A DNA stretch of 49,285 bases. It comes from an uncultured Phycisphaerales bacterium (lineage in GTDB: Bacteria; Planctomycetota; Phycisphaerae; Phycisphaerales; SM1A02). Shown in pieces: positions 27,246-36,775 of this stretch (positions are counted from its first letter, which is position 1; every line of letters starts with the position of its first letter). Location: positions 1-49,285 of the forward strand of contig CALKEP010000040.1 of the NCBI GenBank assembly GCA_938084645.1, written 5' to 3'. Made by a program: the position numbers and the translations under genes. Below the pieces are notes generated by a model. That model saw only the letters and a list, made by a program, of their open reading frames with translations, was not told where the DNA came from and ran no database searches.

Positions 27246-28565
27246 TCAATCCGCCATCGTGTCGGCTGCCGCCAGTTCCTTGTCGTCGACGCGCTCGACC
27301 GAGGCGCCGAGGGCGTTCAGGGTCTCCTCCATCCGCACGTAGCCACGGTCGAGATGGTAGACCCGATTGACGATGGTCTCCCCGCGTGCGGCGAGCCCCG
27401 CCATCACGAGTCCGGCGGACGCCCGAAGATCGCTGGCCATCACCGGGGCCCCGACCAGCTGTCCGCCACCGACGACCATGACGGTCGGCCCCTGACGAAT
27501 GAGATTGGCACCCATCCGCGAGAGCTCGGCCACGTGCATGAACCGCTCGGGATAGATCTTCTCGGTCACGATGCTGTTGCCCCGGGCGAGGCAGAGCAGG
27601 GTCATGAACTGGGCCTGGAGATCGGTCGGGAAGCCGGGATGCGGCTGGGTCGTGATGATCGAGGGTCGAAGATCCCGCTCACAGGTCACTCGGACGCTGC
27701 AACGTCGGGAATCCTCGGTGGGATCCTGTCGTTCGACTCGAACCCCGATCTCCGAGAAGCGGTCGACCGCGGCGAGCAGGCTGTCGTACGGGAAGTCCTC
27801 GATCACCACGTCGCCGTTGGTCACCGCGACCGCCGCGGCGTACGTCCCGGCCACGATCCGGTCGGGCATGACGCGATGGGTCGCCGGGCCGAGCCGGTCG
27901 ACCCCCTCGATCACCAGCCGGGGACCGCCCGCACCGGTGATCCGGGCCCCCATCGAGTTCAAAAGCCGTGCGAGATCCGCGATCTCGGGTTCGCAAGCGG
28001 CGGATTCGATGACCGTGGTCCCCTTCGCCACGCACGCGGCCGACATGATGTTGGCGGTTCCGAGCACCGTCGATCCGAACGGCCCCCCGAGGAAGATCGT
28101 GGTCCCGACCAGTTCGTCAGCCTCGCAGTGGATGTCCCCGCCGTCGAGCCGAATGCGGGCGCCGAGGGCCTCGAGTCCCCGGAGATGCAGATCGACGGGC
28201 CTCGAACCGAAGGCGCAGCCGCCGGGCATCGACACGATCGCCCGCCCTCTCCGGGCGAGCAGCGGTCCCAGCACGCAGATGCTGGCCCGCATCGTCCGGA
28301 CGATGTCGTATCGAGCGTGGATCGCGGAGGGGTCGACGGTCCGAAAACGCATCGCCCCCCCCTCGGTCCTCGAGACCTCGAGGCCGAGATCCTCCAGAAG
28401 CCGGACCATGTTGCCCGTATCGCTCAGATCGGGGACGCCCTCGAGTTCGACGGGGCCGTCACTCAGGAGGGCCGCCGCCATCAGTGGAAGCGAGGCGTTC
28501 TTGGACCCGTCGACCGTCACTCGCCCGGCGAGTCGGCGGCCACCTTCGATGCGGAAGCAATCCAT
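27246..28565 (-). CDS. murA: UDP-N-acetylglucosamine 1-carboxyvinyltransferase
   Basis: Motifs GSKNASLP, MRAS, PGGCAFGSRPVD (Cys115 equivalent present), PGFPTDLQ, DLRAS, HLDRGY. Confidence 0.97.
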   Translation of the reverse strand: MDCFRIEGGRRLAGRVTVDGSKNASLPLMAAALLSDGPVELEGVPDLSDTGNMVRLLEDLGLEVSRTEGGAMRFRTVDPSAIHARYDIVRTMRASICVLGPLLARRGRAIVSMPGGCAFGSRPVDLHLRGLEALGARIRLDGGDIHCEADELVGTTIFLGGPFGSTVLGTANIMSAACVAKGTTVIESAACEPEIADLARLLNSMGARITGAGGPRLVIEGVDRLGPATHRVMPDRIVAGTYAAAVAVTNGDVVIEDFPYDSLLAAVDRFSEIGVRVERQDPTEDSRRCSVRVTCERDLRPSIITTQPHPGFPTDLQAQFMTLLCLARGNSIVTEKIYPERFMHVAELSRMGANLIRQGPTVMVVGGGQLVGAPVMASDLRASAGLVMAGLAARGETIVNRVYHLDRGYVRMEETLNALGASVERVDDKELAAADTMAD

Positions 28566-28808
28566 GAGACGTCGCGCCCTTCTTCTTCAAGTTCGATGAT
28601 CTTCTGAATCGACATCGGCACCACGTGCCCGTCCGCTGCAATGCCGACCGCACGACCGGCACAGGTGGGATCTCCGGACCGACCGGCGTGGGCGAACGCA
28701 AATCCCGGGAATCCGGCGAACCCTCGCTTCGATCGACGGAAATCGAATCGTAGCCTCTTCTCGTTGGAGGCCCCGCATTCGCGGAGGCACCCCGTGAGGA
28801 GAGAAAGC

Positions 28809-29714
28809 ATGAGTTTCATTCGAACGACCACCATCGTATTCGCCGCCGGCCTCACCGCCGGGTTCGTCGGAGCCGCCGCTTCCGGCGTCCAGCCCACACC
28901 GCCCGACGAGGAGCTCACGTCGCTCACGCTCACCGGCGTGGTCCGCGACTTCCATGAACGCACCGCGGCCAACGGCCATCCGGACTTCGAACGCCGCCCG
29001 AGCGGCGGTTTCGGGCTCTATTGCGGAAACGTGGCCACCCAGCTCGACGCCGACGGCAAGCCCGTCTTCTCGGGCGGTGGCTTCAAGGTCCACTCCCAGT
29101 GGAAGGACGGCGCCGGGCGGCCGATCTGCTGGCATCTCTTCGATTCGAGCCTGGGCGACTCCGCGGGCAGCCCCGGGGCGTCGGACAGCGGTGGAATCCA
29201 GGACAACGAGAGTTTCAATCTCTGGTACCGGGACGATCCGCGCGTCAACCGCTCGAAGCTGCTCGAGATCACCCTCAATCGAGAAGCCGACGGTTCCTAC
29301 GTGTTCGACTCGAACCTGGATCCCCAGAGCGCGGAACGTGGTGGGTTCTTCCCCATCGACCACGAACTCTTCGGCAACTCCGGCGGCTCGGGTCCCGATC
29401 ACAACTACCACTTCACCTTCGAGCTCCAGACGGAGTTCACCTACGAGGCGGATGGCGCCCAGGTGTTCACCTTCCGCGGCGACGACGACGTGTGGGTCTT
29501 CATCAACCGCGAGCTGGTCATCGATCTCGGCGGCGTCCACCAGGCGTTGGAACAGACCGTCGATCTGAACCGACTCGGTCTCCAGGACGGCGAGGAGTAT
29601 GAGCTGAGCTTCTTCTTCGCCGAACGCCATCGAGCCGCATCGAACTTCCGCATGACGACCAACCTGAAGCTCCGCAACATCGAGCTTCCCACCGTGACCG
29701 CGGCGTACGACTGA
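28809..29714 (+). CDS. Secreted fibro-slime / PA14-domain protein
   Basis: Signal peptide; motifs VRDF, HPDFE, FFPID, HNYHFT, FRGDDDVWVFIN, DLGGVH, FFAERH. Confidence 0.88.
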   Translation: MSFIRTTTIVFAAGLTAGFVGAAASGVQPTPPDEELTSLTLTGVVRDFHERTAANGHPDFERRPSGGFGLYCGNVATQLDADGKPVFSGGGFKVHSQWKDGAGRPICWHLFDSSLGDSAGSPGASDSGGIQDNESFNLWYRDDPRVNRSKLLEITLNREADGSYVFDSNLDPQSAERGGFFPIDHELFGNSGGSGPDHNYHFTFELQTEFTYEADGAQVFTFRGDDDVWVFINRELVIDLGGVHQALEQTVDLNRLGLQDGEEYELSFFFAERHRAASNFRMTTNLKLRNIELPTVTAAYD

Positions 29715-29747
29715 GCGACGCCGTACCGCTCGAATCTCCCCGTGAAG

Positions 29748-29786
29748 CAACCGCGGCCGGGCGTTGGAGACGCCAGGCCGCGGTTG
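29748..29786. terminator. GC-rich hairpin between convergent genes (possible bidirectional terminator)
   Basis: CAACCGCGGCC-g-GGCGT / ACGCC-a-GGCCGCGGTTG, loop TGGAG; weak U-tracts. Confidence 0.55.
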
Positions 29787-29823
29787 TGTCTGCGCCATTC
29801 ACGGTCGGAAGGCCATCCGCCGA

Positions 29824-30816
29824 TCAGTAGACCTCGAGCATGCAACGGTGCGTCGGGCGGACCCGTCGCTTGATGTCGGCGGCCTTCCAGTCGGCCGGGG
29901 CGACGTCGGCGAGCTCCTCGTGGATCTTGAGATACGCGCCACCGACGCCGAGTCGGGCCATCGTCTGGAAGACCCCGGTCTGCATCCCGGCGAGACCGCA
30001 GATGTAGAGCAGCGTCCGGTCCTTGGAGAGCAGGTCCGCGTGAAGGCGGGTCTCCCGGTCGAGGTAGTGGTGGATGTAGCCCTGCGGACGACCGTCGGGC
30101 ATCGTCTCTCGACTGATCACGGTGTGATAGTGGAATCCCGGATGCTTGTCCGCGAGGGACCGGAAGACGTCGTGGTAGAGGAGATCGCTGGTGTACGGCG
30201 CTCCCATCACGAGATGAATCTCGCTCTCGCACGGCGCCGATCGTCCCTCGAGGAGTTCGAGGATCATCCCGCGGAAGGGCGCGATGCCGGTGCCCGTCGC
30301 GAGGAAGAGGTAGTCGTGATTCTCCGGTTTCGCCGGAAGGACGAATCGCTTTCCCGCCGGCCCGGTCACCAGCACTTCGTCACCGGGCGAGAGATCGCAC
30401 ACCTGGTTCGAACAGACCCCGTGGAACAACCCGGTTCGATCCTCGTCCCGCTCGGTCTGCGGCCGATACTCGTCGATCAGGCGCTTGCAGGTCGTCGAGA
30501 GGATGCGACCCTCGCCGTCCTCCCCCCGGGTCGGCGAGGCGATCGAGTAGAGCCTGACCTTGTGGGGCTTGCCATGCTCGTCGACGCCCTTCGGCACCAC
30601 GCCGAAGCTCTGACCCGCACGGAAGCGACCCTCGAGCGGCGTTCCGCCCACGTCGATGCAGACGTGACGGATGAAGCTCGCGGACTTGCCACGAAGACAG
30701 AGTTCGTTCGCGGTGACCACGCCGGTGACCGGTGCGGTCGGTGGCACGACGTGCATCTCCACGTCGACGAGCTCCGGATCGAACGCCGGATCATGGACGG
30801 TGCCGGACGCGGTCAT
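29824..30816 (-). CDS. Ferredoxin--NADP+ reductase, plant/PetH-like (similar to BoxA C-terminal part)
   Basis: Motifs GQSFGV, RLYSIAS, GVCSN, ATGTGIAPF, YICG, C-terminal EVY. Confidence 0.88.
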   Translation of the reverse strand: MTASGTVHDPAFDPELVDVEMHVVPPTAPVTGVVTANELCLRGKSASFIRHVCIDVGGTPLEGRFRAGQSFGVVPKGVDEHGKPHKVRLYSIASPTRGEDGEGRILSTTCKRLIDEYRPQTERDEDRTGLFHGVCSNQVCDLSPGDEVLVTGPAGKRFVLPAKPENHDYLFLATGTGIAPFRGMILELLEGRSAPCESEIHLVMGAPYTSDLLYHDVFRSLADKHPGFHYHTVISRETMPDGRPQGYIHHYLDRETRLHADLLSKDRTLLYICGLAGMQTGVFQTMARLGVGGAYLKIHEELADVAPADWKAADIKRRVRPTHRCMLEVY

Positions 30817-32345
30817 CGTGCTCCTCCCCGCCGACCCGTCGATCGCCGTGTCTTTTCGGATTTCCTCGATCCACCCGAGTCAGGCTCGGTCATCGAGGCG
30901 GGATCGAGATGTTTCGCGAGCGTGTCCGGATCGAGCAGTTCGAGCTCGAGCGCCATCTCGCGGATGGTGAGGTCGCGGGCATGCGACTGCTTCGCGAGTT
31001 TCGCCGCGTTCTCGTACCCGATGACCGGCGCCAGCGAGGTGCCCATCATCAGGCTCCGTTCGACGTATCCCTCCGCGACCCTGCGGTCGAGCTCGAGCCC
31101 CTCGATGCACTTGTCCTGAAGGATCGTCGAGGCGTTCGCGAGCAGCCGGATCGAGTCGATCATCGCCCAGGCCATCATCGGCATCGCGACGTTCAGCTGG
31201 AGCAGCGAACCCGTTCCGCCGAGCCCACCCGTGGAAATCGCGAGATCGTGCCCCATGACCTGGCAGGTGACCTGCATCACGCTCTCGCAGATCACCGGGT
31301 TGACCTTGCCCGGCATGATCGAGGATCCGGGCTGCGTCGCCGGAAGCACGAGCTCCCCGAGTCCGCATCGCGGCCCGGAACCGAGCCATCGGATGTCGTT
31401 GGCGATCTTCGAAAGGCTGATCGCGATGGTGCGCAGCTCACCCGACGCCTCGACGACGCAGTCGCGAGTCGCCTGGGCCTCGAAGTGGTTGGTCGCCTCT
31501 GCGAAACCGATTCGAAGCCGCTTCTTGAGCGACGCGGAGACGCGACGCCCGAAGTCGACGTGGGTGTTGATGCCGGTACCGACCGCCGTGCCGCCGATCG
31601 GCAGGTTCTCGGCGAGGCGCTTCATGGCTCGTTCCGCCCGCGTCGTTCCATGCTCGATCTGCGCGGCGAAGCCGGAGAACTCCTGCCCGACCCGCATCGG
31701 CGTCGCGTCCTGGAGATGGGTCCGCCCGGTCTTCACGACCCGGTCCCACTTCCGGGCCTTCTTTCGGAGCCCGGACGCGAGACGTTTCAGGGCCGGGATC
31801 AACGACTCCCGGATCGCGACCGCCCCGGCGATCTGCATCGCGGTCGGGAACGTGTCGTTGCTGCTCTGCCCCTGGTTGACGTGATCGTTGGGGTGGACGG
31901 GATCGCGGCTGCCGAGTCGGTTCCCGGCCTCGAGGGCGGCGAGATTCGAGAGAACCTCGTTGACGTTCATGTTCGTGCTCGTACCGGATCCCGTCTGGAA
32001 GACGTCAACCGGGAACTGTCCCGCCCACCAGTCCGCGGGACGATCGTCCTCGCCTCGAAGACCCGCCTGAAGGGTGTCGCATGCGGCCACCACGCTGCGG
32101 GCGACCTTCTTCGGAATCACGCCGAGCTCGCCGTTGACGCCGGCGCAGGCGCGCTTCAGTTCCGCGAACGCCTCGATGACCTCGGTGGGGACCGGGCGGC
32201 CCGAGACGGGGAAGTTCAGGACCGCCCGCTGGGTGCTCGCCCCGTACAGCGCGTCGGCCGGGACCGACATCTCACCCATGGTGTCCCGTTCGATCCGGGT
32301 TCGATTGGACGCTTTCCGGGGAGCGCCCTTCTTGGCGGCAGGCAT
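30813..32345 (-). CDS. fumC: Class II fumarate hydratase
   Basis: Motifs QTGSGT, HPNDHVN, SSND, GRTHLQDA, GSSIMPGKVNP; ATG at 32345 after GGAG. Confidence 0.93.
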   Translation of the reverse strand: MPAAKKGAPRKASNRTRIERDTMGEMSVPADALYGASTQRAVLNFPVSGRPVPTEVIEAFAELKRACAGVNGELGVIPKKVARSVVAACDTLQAGLRGEDDRPADWWAGQFPVDVFQTGSGTSTNMNVNEVLSNLAALEAGNRLGSRDPVHPNDHVNQGQSSNDTFPTAMQIAGAVAIRESLIPALKRLASGLRKKARKWDRVVKTGRTHLQDATPMRVGQEFSGFAAQIEHGTTRAERAMKRLAENLPIGGTAVGTGINTHVDFGRRVSASLKKRLRIGFAEATNHFEAQATRDCVVEASGELRTIAISLSKIANDIRWLGSGPRCGLGELVLPATQPGSSIMPGKVNPVICESVMQVTCQVMGHDLAISTGGLGGTGSLLQLNVAMPMMAWAMIDSIRLLANASTILQDKCIEGLELDRRVAEGYVERSLMMGTSLAPVIGYENAAKLAKQSHARDLTIREMALELELLDPDTLAKHLDPASMTEPDSGGSRKSEKTRRSTGRRGGAR

Positions 32346-32461
32346 GTTCGGTCTCCTGGCGGTCTCGACGGTGATGATTCGAATCGGCCCGACCACGGCA
32401 CGGTGGACCGGGAATCGCAGATGGTAGCGACGAGTCGGCGATTCACGGCGGATCGATGCGA

Positions 32462-34645
32462 TCAGCCGCCGTCGGCGACCGGCGCCGTCCCGGCGGCGTC
32501 ACCCGCATCGACGAGCAGCCCCCGGGCCGCCTCCACCGTGATCCGCTGGGATTCGTCCAGGGAGTCGCCGAACCGCCGATCGACCTCGTCGAGCAGGACC
32601 CGGGCCAGCCGTGGATCCGGGATCGCGGACGCTTCGAGGAAGGCCACCCAGGCCGATGGTTCGGGGCGGATCTGGATCGCCTCGTCCCACGCCTCCGCGA
32701 GGACGAGTGCGTCGAAGAGATCCGGGCCGAGGGTGGAATCGGCGTCGGCGCCGAGCAGTCGAAGCTCGTTCGCGGCCTCGATGGGGCGCCCGGCCTCGAT
32801 GAGCCGTTGCGCGAGCCGACGAGCCGCGGCATCGCGATCGGGCTTGGGCAGGGAATCCGACATCGCGGCCCGGACCAGCGCCGCCCGGCGGTCGTCGAAT
32901 CGAACCGGCTCGTCGTCGAGCACCTCGTCCGCGGCGAGCACCTGCTCCACCGAGAGTCGTTCGAGGACTCGAGCGATCGCGAGGCCCCAGTTGAACTGGT
33001 CGGCCTCCTCCGCGTCAGCGGGTGGCCGCAGTTCGAGGAGCACCGCGAGATCTTCGGGGTCGACGACATCGGCCGACCACGCCTGCCAGGCGATTCGCCG
33101 GACTTCGGGCGTCGCGGAATTCCGGCGGAGGGCTTCACGCTGGCCTCGACCGAGGAACCCCTCCGCCGCCCCGCGGCGGACTCGGCGGTCCTCGTGACCG
33201 AGGAGACGGACGAGGGAGGGATCGCTGGGATCGACGGCCACCAGCACCACGAGGCGGGCCATCTCCGAATCACGGACCCGATCCGCGGTGGGAATGGCGG
33301 CGCGAATCTCGGCCATGCGCTCGGGTTCGAGCACCCCGGCGGCCGCGACGGTCGCGACCGCCCGCGCGCTCTGCCGGACGACTTCCGGATCGTCGCCGTC
33401 GAGGTGCCTGATCGCCAGCGGCACCACCGTGGGTCGCGGACGGTTGCCGAGCAGTTCGAGCCCCGCCGCCAGCACGGCGGGATCCTCCTCATCCTGGAGC
33501 GACGCCACCATCTTCATGGCGAAGTCGTCGCCACCCACGGTTTCGAGCAGTCGCCCCGCCGTGATCCGGATCTTCGGATCGGGATCGTCGAGCGTCGAGA
33601 GCAACCCGGCTCGCAGGACCTCCGGAAGAATCCGGCCGTTTCGAAGCATGCGCTCGACCTGCGCGATCGCGGCGGCCCGAAGCGGGAGTTCATCGTCTTC
33701 GAGAAGCTCGAGAATTCGTTGATCACGATCCGATTCCGGCAACGTCGCCAGGAACCGGGCGTGGAGGTCGGCGAGTCTCGTCGCGAGGGCGTCCGCACGG
33801 GCTTCCGCCCGGGCGGCTCGACGATCCGCCCGTTCGATGCGGTCGGCCAGTTGCCCGAGCGCCTGCGAGGCGGAACCGTCGATGTTCATCCGCGTCCACC
33901 ACGCCCGCCACGCCGCCGCATCCCGCCTCGAGGAGGTGTCGGACCATCGACGCAGCGCCGCATCGATCGCGATCGCGTCATCGCTCCCGGAAGAAGCCTG
34001 CTGCATCGCCTCCACCAGGATTCGAGCGGCGGTTGGATCACTGATACCACCCAGCAGCTCGAAGCCGCGAGCCCGCGCCGCCGGATCCGGCTCCCGGGTC
34101 ACGAGGGCATTCAATCGCTCGATCGCGTCCGGTCCCGAGCGACCGATGATGAAGGATGCGTCTTCGCCCTCGATGCGACCGGCGATCGCGGCGCTCGTGA
34201 TGCGGTCGACGATGGCATCCGAGGCCCGACCGTTCTCTCGCACGCCCTCGACCACGATCTCCCTGATGTCCGTCGACTCCGATTCCAGCGCCGTGCCGAT
34301 CGCGTCGGCGGCCTCGGGTGATCCCAGCCGCGCCATCCGTTCCGCCGCACCGACGCGAAGTTCACGGGGCACGGCGGGATTGGCGTAGACCGACGCGAGG
34401 TACGCGACGTCCTCGTCGACGAGTCGACTCGTCGTCGTTCCGCGCGGCGCTTCCAGCGATTCCGTCGGGGCGACCGTCGCCATCGCCGTCGCCGTCGGGA
34501 CCGGCTGCGCGGGAACCGCCGAGCAATTGACGGTGAACGCTCCGGCCAGCATCACGCCGCCTCCGATGCTCCGCCGGATCATCACGATCCGGCGCGGACG
34601 CATCGGGATCCGGGGGCGTGTCGGGTTGGCGCGGGGGGCGGACAT
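32462..34645 (-). CDS. Exported HEAT-repeat protein
   Basis: Signal-like N-terminus; repeated LxDxDxxxRxxA helices; WRAWW motif typical of planctomycete HEAT proteins. Start uncertain. Confidence 0.75.
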   Translation of the reverse strand: MSAPRANPTRPRIPMRPRRIVMIRRSIGGGVMLAGAFTVNCSAVPAQPVPTATAMATVAPTESLEAPRGTTTSRLVDEDVAYLASVYANPAVPRELRVGAAERMARLGSPEAADAIGTALESESTDIREIVVEGVRENGRASDAIVDRITSAAIAGRIEGEDASFIIGRSGPDAIERLNALVTREPDPAARARGFELLGGISDPTAARILVEAMQQASSGSDDAIAIDAALRRWSDTSSRRDAAAWRAWWTRMNIDGSASQALGQLADRIERADRRAARAEARADALATRLADLHARFLATLPESDRDQRILELLEDDELPLRAAAIAQVERMLRNGRILPEVLRAGLLSTLDDPDPKIRITAGRLLETVGGDDFAMKMVASLQDEEDPAVLAAGLELLGNRPRPTVVPLAIRHLDGDDPEVVRQSARAVATVAAAGVLEPERMAEIRAAIPTADRVRDSEMARLVVLVAVDPSDPSLVRLLGHEDRRVRRGAAEGFLGRGQREALRRNSATPEVRRIAWQAWSADVVDPEDLAVLLELRPPADAEEADQFNWGLAIARVLERLSVEQVLAADEVLDDEPVRFDDRRAALVRAAMSDSLPKPDRDAAARRLAQRLIEAGRPIEAANELRLLGADADSTLGPDLFDALVLAEAWDEAIQIRPEPSAWVAFLEASAIPDPRLARVLLDEVDRRFGDSLDESQRITVEAARGLLVDAGDAAGTAPVADGG

Positions 34646-34832
34646 GTGCCTCGTACTCCATTCGTTCCCGATTGGAATGCCTCGGGAACCCAGCAATTCG
34701 CGGTCTTCCAGATTATCGGGCAGCGTCTGGCCGCCGACGCTCGTCTGCGGAAGCGGTTCGACGTACTCTATTCCCGTCGTCCGTACGGCTCCTCCCTGTT
34801 CTTCGGCTTTCCCTCCTGCACGGGATCATCAA

Positions 34833-36221
34833 ATGAGCGACTGGCACCAGTCGGAAGATCACGCCGAACGCGCCGAACGACTGCTGGCACACGGCCGCGG
34901 TCCGGAAGCGGAGCAGGAGATCCGACGAGCGATCGAGATCGATCCGGTTCGCGGTGAATGGCACGCGGCGCTCTCGTTGGTGCTCGATTCGATGGGCCGG
35001 CTCGAAGAGGCCCTCGCCTCGATGCGGCAGGCGGCCCTCCTCCTTCCCGAAGACGATCGACCGACCGCCTCCTGCGCCGAGCTCTCCCTCCGGCTCGACC
35101 GACCCGCGGATGCCGCCGAACACGCGCGTCGGGCGATCGAATCCCCGAATGCGGAGGAACGGGTGCACGCGATCCTGATCGCCGCCCTCCACCGGCTCGA
35201 GCGACACGACGATGCCGAGATCGCGTACTACGAAGCACAGCAGCGATACGAGGAGATGCCTTGCTGCCTCGTGGCCATGGGTGATCTGAAGGCCGAGACC
35301 GAGGCCTACGACCAGGCCAGCTGGTGCTATCGCGAGGCGATGCGCCAGGCCCCGAGCATGCCCCAGCTCCGCTCGAGAATCGCCGCGATCCTCGCCGCGA
35401 CCGGTCGGCCCGAGCGAGCCCTCCAACTCCATCTCGCCGAACTTCGAGAACATCCCGCGTCGATCGAGACGCTGCTCGCGTGCGGGCGACTTCTGGTCTC
35501 GATGGACCGCCAGCCGGAAGCGGTCGATCGTTTCCGTCGCGTCCTCGAGATCGAGCCTGCCAATTTCCCGGCACACTGGGAACTCGGTCTCGCCGCCCTC
35601 ACCCTTCACCGCTTCGACGAGGCCCGGGTGGAATTCGAGATCGCTCGCCGGCTCGATCCGGAGATGCCCCTCGCCCGCCGGCGACTCGCGGAAGCCCTCC
35701 TCGGGTGCGGCGAAACCGACCTCGCCCGCGTGCAGCTCGAAGATGCGGCGGATCGACTCCGTGACGACGAGTCCTTCGACGAGATGATGAGCCTCGCCTC
35801 CCTCCTCCTCGAAGTCAGTTCGACCTCCAAGGCGCTTCCGATCTTCGAACGACTCGCCGAAGCCGAGCCGGAGGACCTCGAGGTCCTTCGCCGCCTCGCG
35901 GTCTGTCGCTACCGCCTCGGTGATTCCGAGGGTGGTGCGACCCTCTCGCGACGGGTTCTCCGGCGAGCGCCCGACTGCATTCGCAGCATGCACAACCTCT
36001 CCGTCGCCGCGATGGAGGACGATCGAATCCTTTCGGCCTTCCTCTGGACCAAGCGGGGCCTTGCCGTGGCGCCGGCCGATCCGGGGCTTCGACGGCTTCG
36101 ATCTCGAATCCTCACCAGGCTGGCGTGGAACTGGACCCTCGGACTTCCCGCCATGGTCCGAAGCCTTCTGAGAACGTCACTGGAACGAATCCGCTCGATC
36201 CGTGGTTCCTCAAGAAGCTGA
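34833..36221 (+). CDS. Tetratricopeptide-repeat protein
   Basis: Many TPR units (AIEIDP, GRLEEAL, VLEIEP, ARRLDP); ATG at 34833. Confidence 0.85.
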   Translation: MSDWHQSEDHAERAERLLAHGRGPEAEQEIRRAIEIDPVRGEWHAALSLVLDSMGRLEEALASMRQAALLLPEDDRPTASCAELSLRLDRPADAAEHARRAIESPNAEERVHAILIAALHRLERHDDAEIAYYEAQQRYEEMPCCLVAMGDLKAETEAYDQASWCYREAMRQAPSMPQLRSRIAAILAATGRPERALQLHLAELREHPASIETLLACGRLLVSMDRQPEAVDRFRRVLEIEPANFPAHWELGLAALTLHRFDEARVEFEIARRLDPEMPLARRRLAEALLGCGETDLARVQLEDAADRLRDDESFDEMMSLASLLLEVSSTSKALPIFERLAEAEPEDLEVLRRLAVCRYRLGDSEGGATLSRRVLRRAPDCIRSMHNLSVAAMEDDRILSAFLWTKRGLAVAPADPGLRRLRSRILTRLAWNWTLGLPAMVRSLLRTSLERIRSIRGSSRS

Positions 36222-36309
36222 CGGAGATCCACGAGGCACCCGACGCGACGATGGAATCAAGACCCGCTCGATCCGCGACTCGAACGTGGCCCGAGCATGA
36301 ACGGCCGAC

Positions 36310-36350
36310 AAAAAGAACCACGAGCGAGGGCCTTGGCCGTCGCTCGTGGT
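36310..36350 (-). terminator. Intrinsic terminator of rpsR
   Basis: Stem ACCACGAGCGA / TCGCTCGTGGT followed on the minus strand by TCTTTTT. Confidence 0.8.
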
Positions 36351-36389
36351 GTCATTCTGGACGCGGAACTCAATCGTTCCCGATCGGGC

Positions 36390-36620
36390 TCAGAGCGTGG
36401 CGCTGGTGTAGGGCAGCAGGGCCATGTACCGGGCTCGCTTGATCGCCTGGGCCACCCGTCGCTGCTCCCGGGCCGAAGCCGCGAGACGCTTCCGGGTGTA
36501 GATCTTGCCGTTCGGCGTCATGAGACGACGAAGATCGTCGACGGACTTGTAGTCGACGTAGTGCTTGCCGTCGGTGCCGGTCTTGAGCGGGATGGTGGGA
36601 GCGGCCTGAAACTGGGTCAT
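36390..36620 (-). CDS. rpsR: 30S ribosomal protein S18 (cysteine-free, stand-alone)
   Basis: Motifs VDYK, GKI, QRRVAQAIKRARYMALLPY; ATG at 36620 gives 76 aa. Confidence 0.93.
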   Translation of the reverse strand: MTQFQAAPTIPLKTGTDGKHYVDYKSVDDLRRLMTPNGKIYTRKRLAASAREQRRVAQAIKRARYMALLPYTSATL

Positions 36621-36746
36621 GGTGCTGGATTCCGGTAGAGGATCGGAGGTCCCCGATCCGATGCCGTGGATGTCCGGGCTCGTCTTCGAACGAGCCTTGT
36701 CAGACAGCCGCCGAGGGTCCGGTCCCGAGGCGGCGACGAGCCGGAG

Positions 36747-36775
36747 ATCGTACCGAAATCGCCATTGATGGACAA
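36747..36775 (-). promoter_or_regulatory. Sigma70-type promoter of rpsR
   Basis: Minus strand: TTGTCC (36775-36770), 17-nt spacer, TACGAT (36752-36747). Confidence 0.65.
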
